From an uncultured bacterium (lineage in GTDB: Bacteria; Hydrothermota; UBA3072), in assembly GCA_964474855.1 (NCBI GenBank), contig CAYYUB010000001.1, forward strand, positions 1 through 45,121: DNA of 45,121 bases, read 5' to 3'. How positions within the stretch are numbered: the first letter of the stretch is position 1; each line of letters starts with the position of its first letter. Made by a program: the position numbers and the translations under genes. Under the pieces are notes generated by a model. It had not been told where the DNA came from, searched no databases, and saw nothing but the letters and a program-made list of their open reading frames with translations. Of this stretch, positions 10,761 through 21,500 are shown one piece after another.

Positions 10761-13538
10761 TTACTCAATTGTAATCGTTTTTTTCAAACGGATATCTTTT
10801 GATGAACTGCCAACTTGAATTTCAAACTTCCCCAGTTCTGTTTTAAAATCGTTTGTTTTGATATCATAAAATGAAAATTCAGATGCCGGTATTTTGAATA
10901 TCATTGTTTTGCTCTCTCCGGGGGCAAGTGTAATCCTTTTAAACCGTTTCAATTGATTGATTGGCACTTTAATAGTTGCATCCACATCATGAACATAAAC
11001 CTGAGCAACTTCATCACCTTTTAGTTGGCCGGTGTTTTGTACTGTAAATTGGATTTCAACCACATCATCTTTTTTGATTTTGTCTGCGTTAAGTTTAAAA
11101 TTGCTATATTCAAATTGAGTGTATGAGAGTCCATGCCCAAAGGGGTATAGAACAGGCTGATCAAAATATAGATATGTACGCGGATGATTAATAAGATCAT
11201 AATCAGAAAAAGGAGGAAGCTGTTGTGTTGATGCATAGAATGTTTCAGGAAGTTTGCCGCCGGGATTCACATCACCGAATAAAACATCGGCAATTGCCTT
11301 TCCGCCAAATTCTCCTGGATACCATGCTTCTACGATTGCATTTGCTTTGTCTTCTGTACCTGCAAGCGCTATCGGCCCCCCATTTATAAGAACAAAAACA
11401 ATATTAGGATTAACGGATGCGACTTCAGCAATTAAATTTCTCTGAACGATAGGCAATTCAATTTCAGTGCGGTCAAGTTCTTCCTGCGAAATTCCAGGTG
11501 AAATACCAAGTATGAGGATAACCGCATCATTTTTTGCAGCAACTTCCTTAGCTTTACTAAAGTCTTTTTGGCGAAGATCCCATGTTAACCTTGCACTTGC
11601 ACCCAGAGCATTTTCAAAATATTCGAATTTGACTTCATATTCTTTACCTGGTTTGAGTTCGGCTTCTACACGAATAGGTTTTTCAGCATGTTCAGTCCAA
11701 TCATCAATTAATAACTTTCCATCTAAATAAAGGCGTGAACCATCATCAGCGCTAGTACCGATATGATGGATGGTTTCAGGCGGAATTATTTTTCCTCTCC
11801 ACCGGACGGAAAATTGATCTTCCGGAACACCGGGAGCAGGGGAATTGGTACCGAAACTAAAATCTACCATTGCATCTATTCTGGTTAAAACAGGTTGTCC
11901 GGATAAATTCATATTATCAAAATACTCACCCTTCATTCCGGTTTTATCAGTTCCTTCAACTTTAGCGAAATATTGCGGTTCAACGGGCCTTAACAATCCG
12001 CCGCCAATATGGCATCCCAGTGCATATTCTACTTCAATCCCAAGAGCAGCAGCTTTATCTTTTATTCCTTCAAGGGGACTCACCCGAACATTAGGAAAAC
12101 CGCTGTAAATACCCAACTGAGCTTCCTCAGCATTTGGACCGATGACTGCAATCGATTTTATTTTATCCTTATTTAAAGGCAATATCCCTTTATTTTTAAG
12201 GAGAACGATTGATTTCTGCGCAGCTTCAAGCGCCAGATCACGATGTTCTTTGCAGTTAAGTTTATCTGGTGTGATTGAACTATAAGGTACCGCTTCAGGC
12301 TGATCGAACTCGCCTAGTCTGAAACGCGCTGAAAGAACTCTTTCTAAAGCCAGATCAAGGTCTTTTTCTTCCAGTAATCGTTTATCAAGAGCTTCCTTTA
12401 GGAATAGACGATACGCTACTCCACAATTCAGGTCGCAGCCGGCAAGGATGCTCCTGGCTGCCGCTTCCGCACCGGTTTTGAAAAAATGATGTCCGTATAA
12501 CATGTCAAAAATACCACCGCAATCAGATACCACATACCCTTCAAAACCCCATTTACGCCTTAACAGGTCATTTAACAAAAACATATTTGCATTGCAAGGA
12601 ACTTGATTGAGTTCATTATATGCGCCCATTATGGAGTAGGCTTTGCCTTCAACGATCGCTTGATGAAATGCCGGCAAATAATATTCATACAAACTGCGCA
12701 TGTCCACATCGGAAGAACCGGTATGGCGGCGTTCTTCCTCATTATTTGCAATAAAGTGTTTGGGAGTGGAAACGGTTTTTAAATAATATGGATCATCTCC
12801 CTGCATGCCTTGAACAAAAGCAACACCCATTCGGGAAAGCAGATAAGGATCTTCACTATAGGATTCTTCATTACGTCCCCAGCGTGGATCCCGTGCGATA
12901 TTAATCGTAGGACTCCAGTAGGTTAATCCATTACCCTTAATAACATTTAATGCACGTGCTTCATCAGATATAGCTGAACTTACACGATATACAAGATCGG
13001 GGTCCCATGCGGAACCCATCGCAACAGCTTGCGGAAAGGAAGTGGCACCGCTTGCAAGCACTCCGTGTAAAGCTTCACTCCAATAGTTGTATTTAGCAAG
13101 TCCTAAACGAGGAATTGAATCTGATTGATTGGTTAATTGATTAATCTTCTCATCAACTGTCATCAAACTTATTAGATCAGCAAGTCTTTCTTTATAAGAA
13201 TTGGGCTTATAGACATTTACAATTATGGAACCATTTACCGAGTTATTACTTTTACCTGAGAGAATTAATAAATAATAGCCGGGACGGGGGAAGGTAACTT
13301 CCGTAACAGGATTAGAAGCATCTTTAAAAACGACTTTTGAGTTTTGAGGGCATATCCATTCTACTTTTATTTTGTTTGAGGACGCACTTCCTTTGAGCTG
13401 TGCAGAGTGTGTCTTTTCCCAATTTATGATTTGATTACTGCCTGCATTAATTGCAATAGTTTGAGCGAACAATAAAGTAGAGTTTAGAAGCAATAGAACT
13501 ACTATTCCACTTATTGATTTGATGATTCTCCGTTCCAT
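10761..13538 (-). CDS. Glycoside hydrolase family 3 with N-terminal Ig/PKD-like module, PA14 insertion and Fn3-like C-terminus
   Basis: KHFIANNEEERRH, VVSDCGGI, PA14-like GMKGEYFDNMNLSGQP, VAQVYVHDVDA...LKRFKRI. About 100 extra residues lie between the signal peptide and the GH3 core (INAGSNQIINW...VTFPRPGYYLLIL). Confidence 0.88.
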   Translation of the reverse strand: MERRIIKSISGIVVLLLLNSTLLFAQTIAINAGSNQIINWEKTHSAQLKGSASSNKIKVEWICPQNSKVVFKDASNPVTEVTFPRPGYYLLILSGKSNNSVNGSIIVNVYKPNSYKERLADLISLMTVDEKINQLTNQSDSIPRLGLAKYNYWSEALHGVLASGATSFPQAVAMGSAWDPDLVYRVSSAISDEARALNVIKGNGLTYWSPTINIARDPRWGRNEESYSEDPYLLSRMGVAFVQGMQGDDPYYLKTVSTPKHFIANNEEERRHTGSSDVDMRSLYEYYLPAFHQAIVEGKAYSIMGAYNELNQVPCNANMFLLNDLLRRKWGFEGYVVSDCGGIFDMLYGHHFFKTGAEAAARSILAGCDLNCGVAYRLFLKEALDKRLLEEKDLDLALERVLSARFRLGEFDQPEAVPYSSITPDKLNCKEHRDLALEAAQKSIVLLKNKGILPLNKDKIKSIAVIGPNAEEAQLGIYSGFPNVRVSPLEGIKDKAAALGIEVEYALGCHIGGGLLRPVEPQYFAKVEGTDKTGMKGEYFDNMNLSGQPVLTRIDAMVDFSFGTNSPAPGVPEDQFSVRWRGKIIPPETIHHIGTSADDGSRLYLDGKLLIDDWTEHAEKPIRVEAELKPGKEYEVKFEYFENALGASARLTWDLRQKDFSKAKEVAAKNDAVILILGISPGISQEELDRTEIELPIVQRNLIAEVASVNPNIVFVLINGGPIALAGTEDKANAIVEAWYPGEFGGKAIADVLFGDVNPGGKLPETFYASTQQLPPFSDYDLINHPRTYLYFDQPVLYPFGHGLSYTQFEYSNFKLNADKIKKDDVVEIQFTVQNTGQLKGDEVAQVYVHDVDATIKVPINQLKRFKRITLAPGESKTMIFKIPASEFSFYDIKTNDFKTELGKFEIQVGSSSKDIRLKKTITIE

Positions 13539-13560
13539 TTAATTCTCCATCTTTTACTTG

Positions 13561-16101
13561 TTACAATTTTGAAAAGATATATCTTTCTCCTGGTTTGGTT
13601 TCAAAATTATATAAATAAGTATTTTTTAATTTGACATTTTCAAGAGTTGCCTTATTAGAAATTATAGGTTTTTTTACTCCTGGTGTTTGGTAAAAAGGAT
13701 TTCGATTTTCACCTATTGCAGATTTAAGACTTGCTCTTCCTTCTGCTCTTAATTTTGTATAAGAACGAATCCTGCAGTTTCCTCCGAGGGCCGATTTGAT
13801 AACTAACTTTGAGATTTTTCCATTTTTCCATTCCATATTTTCTATTTCAAATCCGCCACGGGCGCGAAGACCCTTTACATTTCCATTTTGCCAAACATCC
13901 GGCAAGGCAGGAAGTGCAAAGATTGCGCCATCATCGCTCTGTAACAGCATTTCTGCAACGCCGGCAGTAAAACCAAAATTCCCATCAATTTGAAAAGGAG
14001 GATGGGCATCAAACATGTTCGGATAAGTCCCGCCGCCGGCAGAAAAATTAATATGCTTGTAGTCCAATTTTCCAACAAGCTTTATTTGATCTTTGATTAA
14101 TTTAAATGCGTGGTTGCCGTCTAAGAAACGAGCCCACAGATTGATCTTCCAGTTCATCGACCAACCCGTTGAAGGATCTCCACGATAGATAAGTGACGTA
14201 CGAGCAGCGTTAAAAAGTTCTGGTGTTCTGAATGGTGAAATTTGATTGGAGGGATAGACTCCATATAAATGCGAAATATGCCTGTGATGGTCTTCTGGGT
14301 TGTCCCAATCTTGCATCCATTCCTGTAATTGCCCCCATTGTCCAATCTGCATCGGAGGTAAACGTTTCAGCGTCTCTTTTATTTTTTTTACTAATTCCTT
14401 ATCAGTCTTTAAAATTTCTGCAGATTTTATAGTTTTCGTGAACAGATCAAAAAGTAATTGGTTATCCATGGTTGTACCTGAGCTAATCGAAGACTCAGGA
14501 TGAACTGCCGGAGAATTTTCCGGAGAAACTGAAGGACAAACAACCAGCCATTTATGCTGCGGTTCTTCGGTTAAAAAACTAAGGTAAAATTCGACCGCAC
14601 TTTTCATTACCGGATATACCGATCTAAGATATTCTCTATCACCGCTATATTCATATTTTTCCCATAGATGCTGACAGAGCCAGGCACCACCCATGGGCCA
14701 CATTCCCCAAAATGAGCCATCTATAGGTCCGTTCATCCGCCAGATATCCGTATTGTGATGAAGCACCCATCCTTCTGCGCCATACATATCTTTTGCTGTC
14801 TGTCTACCGGTCCGGGAAAGTTCACGTATCATCTGAATCAGCGGTTCATTCAATTCGCTGAGGTTTGTGATTTCAGAAGGCCAATAATTCATTTCTGTGT
14901 TTATATTTACAGTATACTTACTATCCCAGGGTGGATAAAGCTGATCGTTCCAAATTCCCTGAAGATTGGCAGGCTGTCCGCCGGGCCGTGAAGAAGAAAT
15001 CAGCAAGTAACGACCAAACTGAAAGCATAATGCTACCAATTGCGGATCATTACCTCTGGCAAATTGTTCAATACGAACATTGGTAGGATTTTTTAGGGAA
15101 TCGGTTACACCCAGATCGATGCTGACTCTATTAAAATAGCGCTGATAGTCGGCAATATGATCTTTTAAGGCTTGTTCATAATCATTTTTCAGAGCTTTTT
15201 GAAGATAAGCATTTGCTCTTTCGCTGGCGTTGGCACTGATATCATTATAATTTTTAAAACTCGATGCAATTGAAATATATAGGGTCGCAACATCTGCATT
15301 GTTTACAATTATCTTATTATTGGTTGCCGATACCGAGCCTCCTTTGGTTATTATTTTAACCTGTGCTTGAAACTTAACGGCACCTTTTACAGAATCGCAA
15401 TCACCTGTTACTCCCGACATGATTAATTTATCATTATCTTCAGTTGAAATATCTACAGGTGCGGGACGATTCATTGAAGCCATAAAATTAATTTTGTCGG
15501 GTTTGCTAGCTGTAATTCGAAGAATGATAACCTGGTCCGGAAACGAAGCAAAAACTTCACGCTTATATGTCACTCCATCAACATCATAGCGGGTAGCGGT
15601 TACAGCAGTTGCAATATTCGATTCCCGATAGTAATTTGTAAAATATTCATGCCCCGGAAAAGAAAGGATAAGATTCCCGACAGTTTGATAAGGCATACCT
15701 TGAGAGTTACGGCTGATAAATTTCTCATTCACCAGATCTTGAGCTTCCTTGTACTTGCCTCTGAAAATCAGTCGCCTAACTTTTGGCAATGCTTCTTTGG
15801 CATCCGAATTATCATTACGGTATGGCTGACCAGCCCAAACTGTATTTTCATTGAGCTGAATTTCTTCTCGCGAAGGATTTCCAAATACCATAGCACCTAA
15901 GCGACCATTACCAACAGGCAACGCCTCGACCCATTGTTTGGCAGGTTGATTATACCATAGTTTTAGCAATGAACTGCTTTGCGCTTGTACATTTAGTTTA
16001 AACAGTAAACAGAATAAAAATGAGAAAAGAAGGGAACCTAGGTTCTTCAGTTTAGTATTTTTTAGCAAGTTAATCTCCTGTTTCTTAAGGAACAAAATCA
16101 T
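13561..16101 (-). CDS. Glycoside hydrolase family 95 (alpha-L-fucosidase/alpha-L-galactosidase)
   Basis: [27 protein letters not shown]...NENTVWAG N-terminus and [16 protein letters not shown] are typical of GH95. The ATG at 16101 has no SD. A TTG at 16068, preceded by CAGGAGA, would give a cleaner signal peptide ([29 protein letters not shown]). Confidence 0.85.
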   Translation of the reverse strand: MILFLKKQEINLLKNTKLKNLGSLLFSFLFCLLFKLNVQAQSSSLLKLWYNQPAKQWVEALPVGNGRLGAMVFGNPSREEIQLNENTVWAGQPYRNDNSDAKEALPKVRRLIFRGKYKEAQDLVNEKFISRNSQGMPYQTVGNLILSFPGHEYFTNYYRESNIATAVTATRYDVDGVTYKREVFASFPDQVIILRITASKPDKINFMASMNRPAPVDISTEDNDKLIMSGVTGDCDSVKGAVKFQAQVKIITKGGSVSATNNKIIVNNADVATLYISIASSFKNYNDISANASERANAYLQKALKNDYEQALKDHIADYQRYFNRVSIDLGVTDSLKNPTNVRIEQFARGNDPQLVALCFQFGRYLLISSSRPGGQPANLQGIWNDQLYPPWDSKYTVNINTEMNYWPSEITNLSELNEPLIQMIRELSRTGRQTAKDMYGAEGWVLHHNTDIWRMNGPIDGSFWGMWPMGGAWLCQHLWEKYEYSGDREYLRSVYPVMKSAVEFYLSFLTEEPQHKWLVVCPSVSPENSPAVHPESSISSGTTMDNQLLFDLFTKTIKSAEILKTDKELVKKIKETLKRLPPMQIGQWGQLQEWMQDWDNPEDHHRHISHLYGVYPSNQISPFRTPELFNAARTSLIYRGDPSTGWSMNWKINLWARFLDGNHAFKLIKDQIKLVGKLDYKHINFSAGGGTYPNMFDAHPPFQIDGNFGFTAGVAEMLLQSDDGAIFALPALPDVWQNGNVKGLRARGGFEIENMEWKNGKISKLVIKSALGGNCRIRSYTKLRAEGRASLKSAIGENRNPFYQTPGVKKPIISNKATLENVKLKNTYLYNFETKPGERYIFSKL

Positions 16102-16242
16102 TTTGTAAACTTATGGTTGTTCTAAATCACTTAATATCAATAAATCCACCCTTGTCCAGAGTAATAAATATTAAAACAATTACTATTCAAAAGAAAATAA
16201 ATACATGTTTTCATATCGATTATTTCCTTTTTTAAAAAGTCC

Positions 16243-18498
16243 CTATCTCATAATAGACATTTTCTTGGTCTCTGTGAAATCTCTTGCTCTTAATGTATAG
16301 AAATACATTCCATTAGCCAAACGCGAAGCGTCGAATGTTACGGAATGCATGCCGGCAGAGAACTCTTTTTCTGCGAGTACTGCTACTTCTTGACCGAGAA
16401 GATTGTAAACTTTTAAAGAAACAAAAGAATTATTAGGAACTCCGAATCTAATAGTCGTAGATAGAGTAAAGGGATTTGGATAATTCTGCTCTAAAACATA
16501 GTTTTTTGTAATTTGGGAAGAGGACGGCTCCTCAATAGATGAAAGAGAAGTATCACCTTCGATTAAAAACTTAAGCGTTCGAAGTTGAAAAAGCTCACCT
16601 GCACCGCCTGTAAATCTTAAATACACATCGTGCCTGCCTGATACCGAATCCACCCCACATTTAAATACACTGTAAGTTCCCCAATCACCGGTATTGCCAA
16701 TATTGCATTCTGCTATTTTATCACCGGTAACAATAGAATCAAGCCATACTTCAATGATTCCCCCAGAAGTGGCACTTGAAGCTAAGAATCCCAATGAATC
16801 TGGAACTTTCCAATATTCAGTGCTGCCGCCAAATTCAACCCCCGCGTAAAGTGCCCAATCGTTATTATGTATACTATCCAATGCAGATGTTCTGCGCGTA
16901 CCAAATTGGTTAGCCGGCCATTCAGCCATGATAGGAGTATATGCATCACGATAAATATAGAGATCAAAAAATACCTCACTGTCTCCGTCAACATACAATC
17001 CCTGCCTGGTTCCGGTAAATGTTACAAAATCGGAATATGAATCAATTATAGATACATTAAAGTTCCCACCGACTTGTACCCAGTCTATGCCGTTCCCGCT
17101 GAAATAACCGCTAATAATATGGTTTTCCCTGATGATCCTGAGCCACAAGGTATCCCCCGCCGTATTAGCCATTTGGTATTCTGTGCCGTCAAAACTGAAT
17201 ACTATTACTCTATTGCTGGCCTCATCTACAGAACTGAATAATCTTACAAACATCGTTTCATCCCCCCTCATAATTCTAAGCCCGGCTTCGTCATTCGTCG
17301 ACTGCGGATCGAAATCAAGACGTGTTATGAGCGAGTAATTATGTTCCCCGTCATTCTTTATAACAGTATTTGCTGTTGTACTGTTCTTAGGTGATAGGCG
17401 CAACCATCCGGTCCGGTCGGTTAGGGAATGTAAGGCATCAGGGGTATAACCTAAAAATGACCATTCGGGGTCCAACTCTGTAGAATCAAAAAAATCGGAT
17501 TTTGGAACCATCCAGGGAATACCACTGCTTGGAAGATCCGGTGCTGTAAAGTAACTATTGATAGGATAATCGGCAACAGGCTTTAAAGTAGAATCATAAC
17601 GAACCTGGTTTAAAAGCCCCTGCCGCCCCTGTCCTTTCCATTCTCCTTTCGCATATAAAGGATGAACCACCCAATGGGTACTATCATCCAGCATCACCAC
17701 GGGTGAGGCATGATTAGGGCTCGTAAAAAGAGCACCCGATTTCTCGGGATCGCTTTCATTAAAAAAATCACCCAGCATTTCCCACGATGCCGAATCGGCA
17801 GTAAGTGTGTCGCTTCTCATAACTTTTTGACCTCCGGCTAAATCCCGGGCAAACGAATAATAATAATAATCTTCATATTTCCACATTACCGGGCCTTCTG
17901 CCCAGCTATATGGGTAACCAGGTGCCGGATTTAACCAGTCAAGATTATAAACTACACCTGTAGGTTGTCCGTCAGTTCCCAATTCTACAATACCACCATT
18001 GGGTTGACCGTTTTTGACAACCAGATACCATTTGCTGTCATCATCGATGAATATGGAATTGTCATATCCTAATGTATAAGGAAGTTGCGGAGGATTAGCC
18101 ACCTGTACCGGATCGCTCCAGGGCCCACTGGGATCACTCGCTGTAACAAAATACATCGTATTTGATCGTGAAAAGAAATCCCAGTATTGACCGTTATAAT
18201 ATACCATGTGCCCTCCCCAACATCCGCCTCCGGGTGAGTCACCGTAATTTGACCACGATGCTTTTACAGGTTGGGCAATTGCTTCCCAATGAACTAAATC
18301 GGTTGAATGAAAAATAACCGGTGTTACATTGAAAGATGAGCCTGTTGTATAAAAATCATCGCCTATTTTTGTTAAAGTGCAGTCCGGGTGGTCTCCGGGA
18401 ATAACAGGGTTCATATAAGTTTGAAACGATGGAGATTGTCCGTACCCGTAATTTCCCATTATGAAATAACAACTCAGCAATACGAATATTTTTTTCAT
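16243..18498 (-). CDS. Secreted GH43 enzyme with beta-sandwich and CBM6-like modules and a T9SS C-terminal sorting domain
   Basis: Track ORF 16243..18621, but its first 41 codons overlap the upstream gene. The ATG at 18498 (MKKIFVLLSCYF...) follows an AGGAGGG SD. GH43 N-terminus YMNPVIPGDHPDCTLTKIGDDFYTTGSSF, CBM6-like NNDWALYAGVEFGG, CTD NYPNPFTLSTTIRF...LKVYNLLGQEV...GMYFYTLRA...KKMSIMR. Confidence 0.85.
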   Translation of the reverse strand: MKKIFVLLSCYFIMGNYGYGQSPSFQTYMNPVIPGDHPDCTLTKIGDDFYTTGSSFNVTPVIFHSTDLVHWEAIAQPVKASWSNYGDSPGGGCWGGHMVYYNGQYWDFFSRSNTMYFVTASDPSGPWSDPVQVANPPQLPYTLGYDNSIFIDDDSKWYLVVKNGQPNGGIVELGTDGQPTGVVYNLDWLNPAPGYPYSWAEGPVMWKYEDYYYYSFARDLAGGQKVMRSDTLTADSASWEMLGDFFNESDPEKSGALFTSPNHASPVVMLDDSTHWVVHPLYAKGEWKGQGRQGLLNQVRYDSTLKPVADYPINSYFTAPDLPSSGIPWMVPKSDFFDSTELDPEWSFLGYTPDALHSLTDRTGWLRLSPKNSTTANTVIKNDGEHNYSLITRLDFDPQSTNDEAGLRIMRGDETMFVRLFSSVDEASNRVIVFSFDGTEYQMANTAGDTLWLRIIRENHIISGYFSGNGIDWVQVGGNFNVSIIDSYSDFVTFTGTRQGLYVDGDSEVFFDLYIYRDAYTPIMAEWPANQFGTRRTSALDSIHNNDWALYAGVEFGGSTEYWKVPDSLGFLASSATSGGIIEVWLDSIVTGDKIAECNIGNTGDWGTYSVFKCGVDSVSGRHDVYLRFTGGAGELFQLRTLKFLIEGDTSLSSIEEPSSSQITKNYVLEQNYPNPFTLSTTIRFGVPNNSFVSLKVYNLLGQEVAVLAEKEFSAGMHSVTFDASRLANGMYFYTLRARDFTETKKMSIMR

Positions 18499-18527
18499 TT
18501 TTTCCCTCCTAGTTTTGTTATGATATC

Positions 18528-21500
18528 TCATTTTACAAGTAACAATTTCTTTATACCAGTAAAAGAGCCAGCTGTTAATCTGTAGAAATATACACCTGTC
18601 GGCAAGTTCGAAGCCTTCCACTCTACTTTATGATAACCTGCTTCCTTCTTTCCCCTCTCCAATACTGCTATCTCTTGCCCTAACGCATTGTATACCTTTA
18701 AATCTACTTTCTCATCCTTAGGCAATTCATACTCTATAAACGTCACTGAAGTAAATGGATTAGGATAATTCTGCTTCAATCGATAACTTATAGGCTTCTC
18801 CGCTATCTGCACTCCCGTCCATACTGAATCCTTGAACTTACCTATTACAAACGCAAACATCCCTAACTCACTTATCCCCCCGCGCTTCACAGTATAAGGC
18901 CTTGTCGTGAAATTAAACTCGTAATCTCCACTACCTGCCTCTGTTGTATCACTTCCCATCAAAAATATCCTCGCATTATCCTCTCTGCTACTCCTAAATA
19001 AATTGTTCTCATGCAGTGAAGACGGATTCCATCCAAACTTCAAATCGTAATCTCCACCGTCTACTGCACCTTCTGCTATGTTCCATTTCAATTTAATACG
19101 CGGCTTTGTTGTTTGATACGTCGTGTCCATAACTGCTCCTACCGATATAGTATCATAATCTCCATTATTGGTTATCCACAAAGGACAATATGAAACCGTG
19201 CTTCCTCCGCTTGCTCCTATGGGATATAATACCTCTGTAGAATTCCCCACCGGCAACAACAACTTCCCTCCTCCGTCTGTGTTTACAAACGCTGTAGTTA
19301 CTGACTCCGTTGTTGCTGACCTCGCTGTCAATGCATTTGCTCCTAACACTAACTTACCTCCTAAATTCAAATTACCTCTTATCTGTCTTGTGGAGTGCAA
19401 GTTTACTCCAGAATTATTCGAAATTATTAAATCCTTTGGACCCTCGACAACCGGAAATTCAAGCTCTGCCGTCGTCTGGTCACTACTACCCGAGTATTTC
19501 AACGCCCCATCCTCGCCATAGCTCAATACCTCACTTACTGATAGCAACAACCCATCCTTCATCTCCATTACTCCATTTACAACTACATCCCCTGACAGCG
19601 TCAATCCCATACTGTTATTCAATGTCAGGTTATTTGCCGTATCCGGTAGCAAGCTACCAGTTACCTGCGCTACAATCCCATTATATGTGTAATTTGCTGA
19701 CTTGCTTAATATAATCGTGTCTCCTATCTGTTGTATATTACCATCTATTCCATTAGCGTGTGCTGTCTCTAATGTAGCTCCTGAATCCAATATAAAGTGA
19801 CCACTGCCTGTCAATTCACTCGTTCCAATATTCAACGTAGTTCCACTGTCTACCTCTATCGGTAACGCATCTATCGTATTACCTGACCCTATATTCAAAC
19901 TCTGTACCCCTGCTTTCTTAAATACAAACCCCGCTCCTAACGGCGTTGTCGTAACGCTCTGTATACTCGCATCTGAAGTAGAAAAATTACCACCGCTTAG
20001 ATTCCATACCGTAGTACCTGTTCCTCCTTGTGTTCCTCCACTTATACTAAACTGACCTCCTGTTATGTTTATACTACCACCTTGATTTATAGTAACAGAT
20101 GTCCCTCCTTCATTCGACATATGCGCAGCAACTGTCCCCGATATCTGATTAAAATCACCATTAATATTTATAACTGCCGGTGTACCTGCAGTTGGAGTAC
20201 ATAATTGCCATAATCCTGTTCCTGTATTCTGTATATTTATGTTTCCTAATATCGTATCTCCATTCCATCCCATACTTACATCCGATGCCTGCCCCAAACA
20301 ATCCCATGTGAAGTGGTAAAAATTCTGTCCTAAACCTGATGGCGATTCACTCGTAACGCTGCTGACTTCACAGGTCGATCCTTTTCCCCACCTCGATACC
20401 GGGATTGAGCCACCGTTCCGCTCATGCACATATCGACTGCCATCTAAAAAACTTATTGTCGCAGATATATCCTGTGTGATAGAGTCATAATTTATTAAAG
20501 TTCCACTGACTGCCAAATCCGCTCCAAGTCCGTCTTTAACCAACAATGTAACACCAGGATTAATCACCAAATAACCGTCAGATGAAATAATGACTTGATC
20601 TATTGAATCCGTTGCCGTTACAGTCACCGTATCTCCACTAAGAATCTTTATTACTCCATCGGATAGATTCGGAATACTAGATGCTGGATTAATCCATGCC
20701 GAACCGTCATATTGCTCCCAAGTATTAACATCGTTCCAAGGCCCTGATTCAAAAGAGCGAAATTCGCCGACAGAGTAATAATAATCTGTACCGCCGTCAA
20801 ACGCCTCAACACTAAAATAATAATCTACTCCCGCATTAAGACTATGTATTTCGATACTATCCACATCATAAACCATATAATTGTTATACAGTTTATCTGA
20901 TGCTATACCATAGCGTATGACATAACCATCTGCATTTGAGACTGTATCCCAGCGGACTACAGCGTTACGCTCATCAGTATCACGCTCCACTGTAAAACCG
21001 GCAACTGGTGTGAATACAGCTTGGTTTGAATTTCCGAACACTCGAAGATCGCGAACTGCAAAATTTCCTTCCCCGGGAGTAAATATGTTTGTAAGCTTAA
21101 TATAACGCGCTTGGGCAGTTGAAGCCAGTTCAATAAAATCGTGCGGGACATCCTGCGTATTTAGACTCTTATCAACGAGTGTATCCCAATTCATGCCATC
21201 GTTGGAATTTTCGATGATGTATCTTTCATATAATATATTGTCGCGCCCACGGACAAGGCTGGGAACAGTATTGTGTTCCGCAAAATTTACCTGAATAGCT
21301 TCAATATCACATTCCTTACCCAAATCAATCAACATCCATTCACCGGGATCACCACTCTGAGCAGACCAATAAGTACGAGCATCTTCATCAACCGCATTTT
21401 CAACACCATAACCATCTAAAGAGGAAGAAGCTGTAACAAATTTTTTGTGAGACAATAAAAGCATACCGGCAAAATTGTCATCGATTGGATCGCTCTCTAT

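Noticed and set aside
18499-18621. N-terminal 41-codon extension of the 792-aa ORF overlapping the upstream gene's 3' end
   Set aside because: The extension has no SD and no signal-peptide character. The internal ATG at 18498 has an AGGAGGG SD and yields a normal signal peptide.
19168-19714. 117-aa and 134-aa plus-strand ORFs antisense to the 1372-aa gene
   Set aside because: They lie opposite the low-complexity beta-helix repeat region and their translations are proline/serine/leucine-rich nonsense with no SD. The same reasoning applies to the antisense ORFs at 2919..3425, 7902..8180, 11254..12108, 37964..38305 and 43092..43823.
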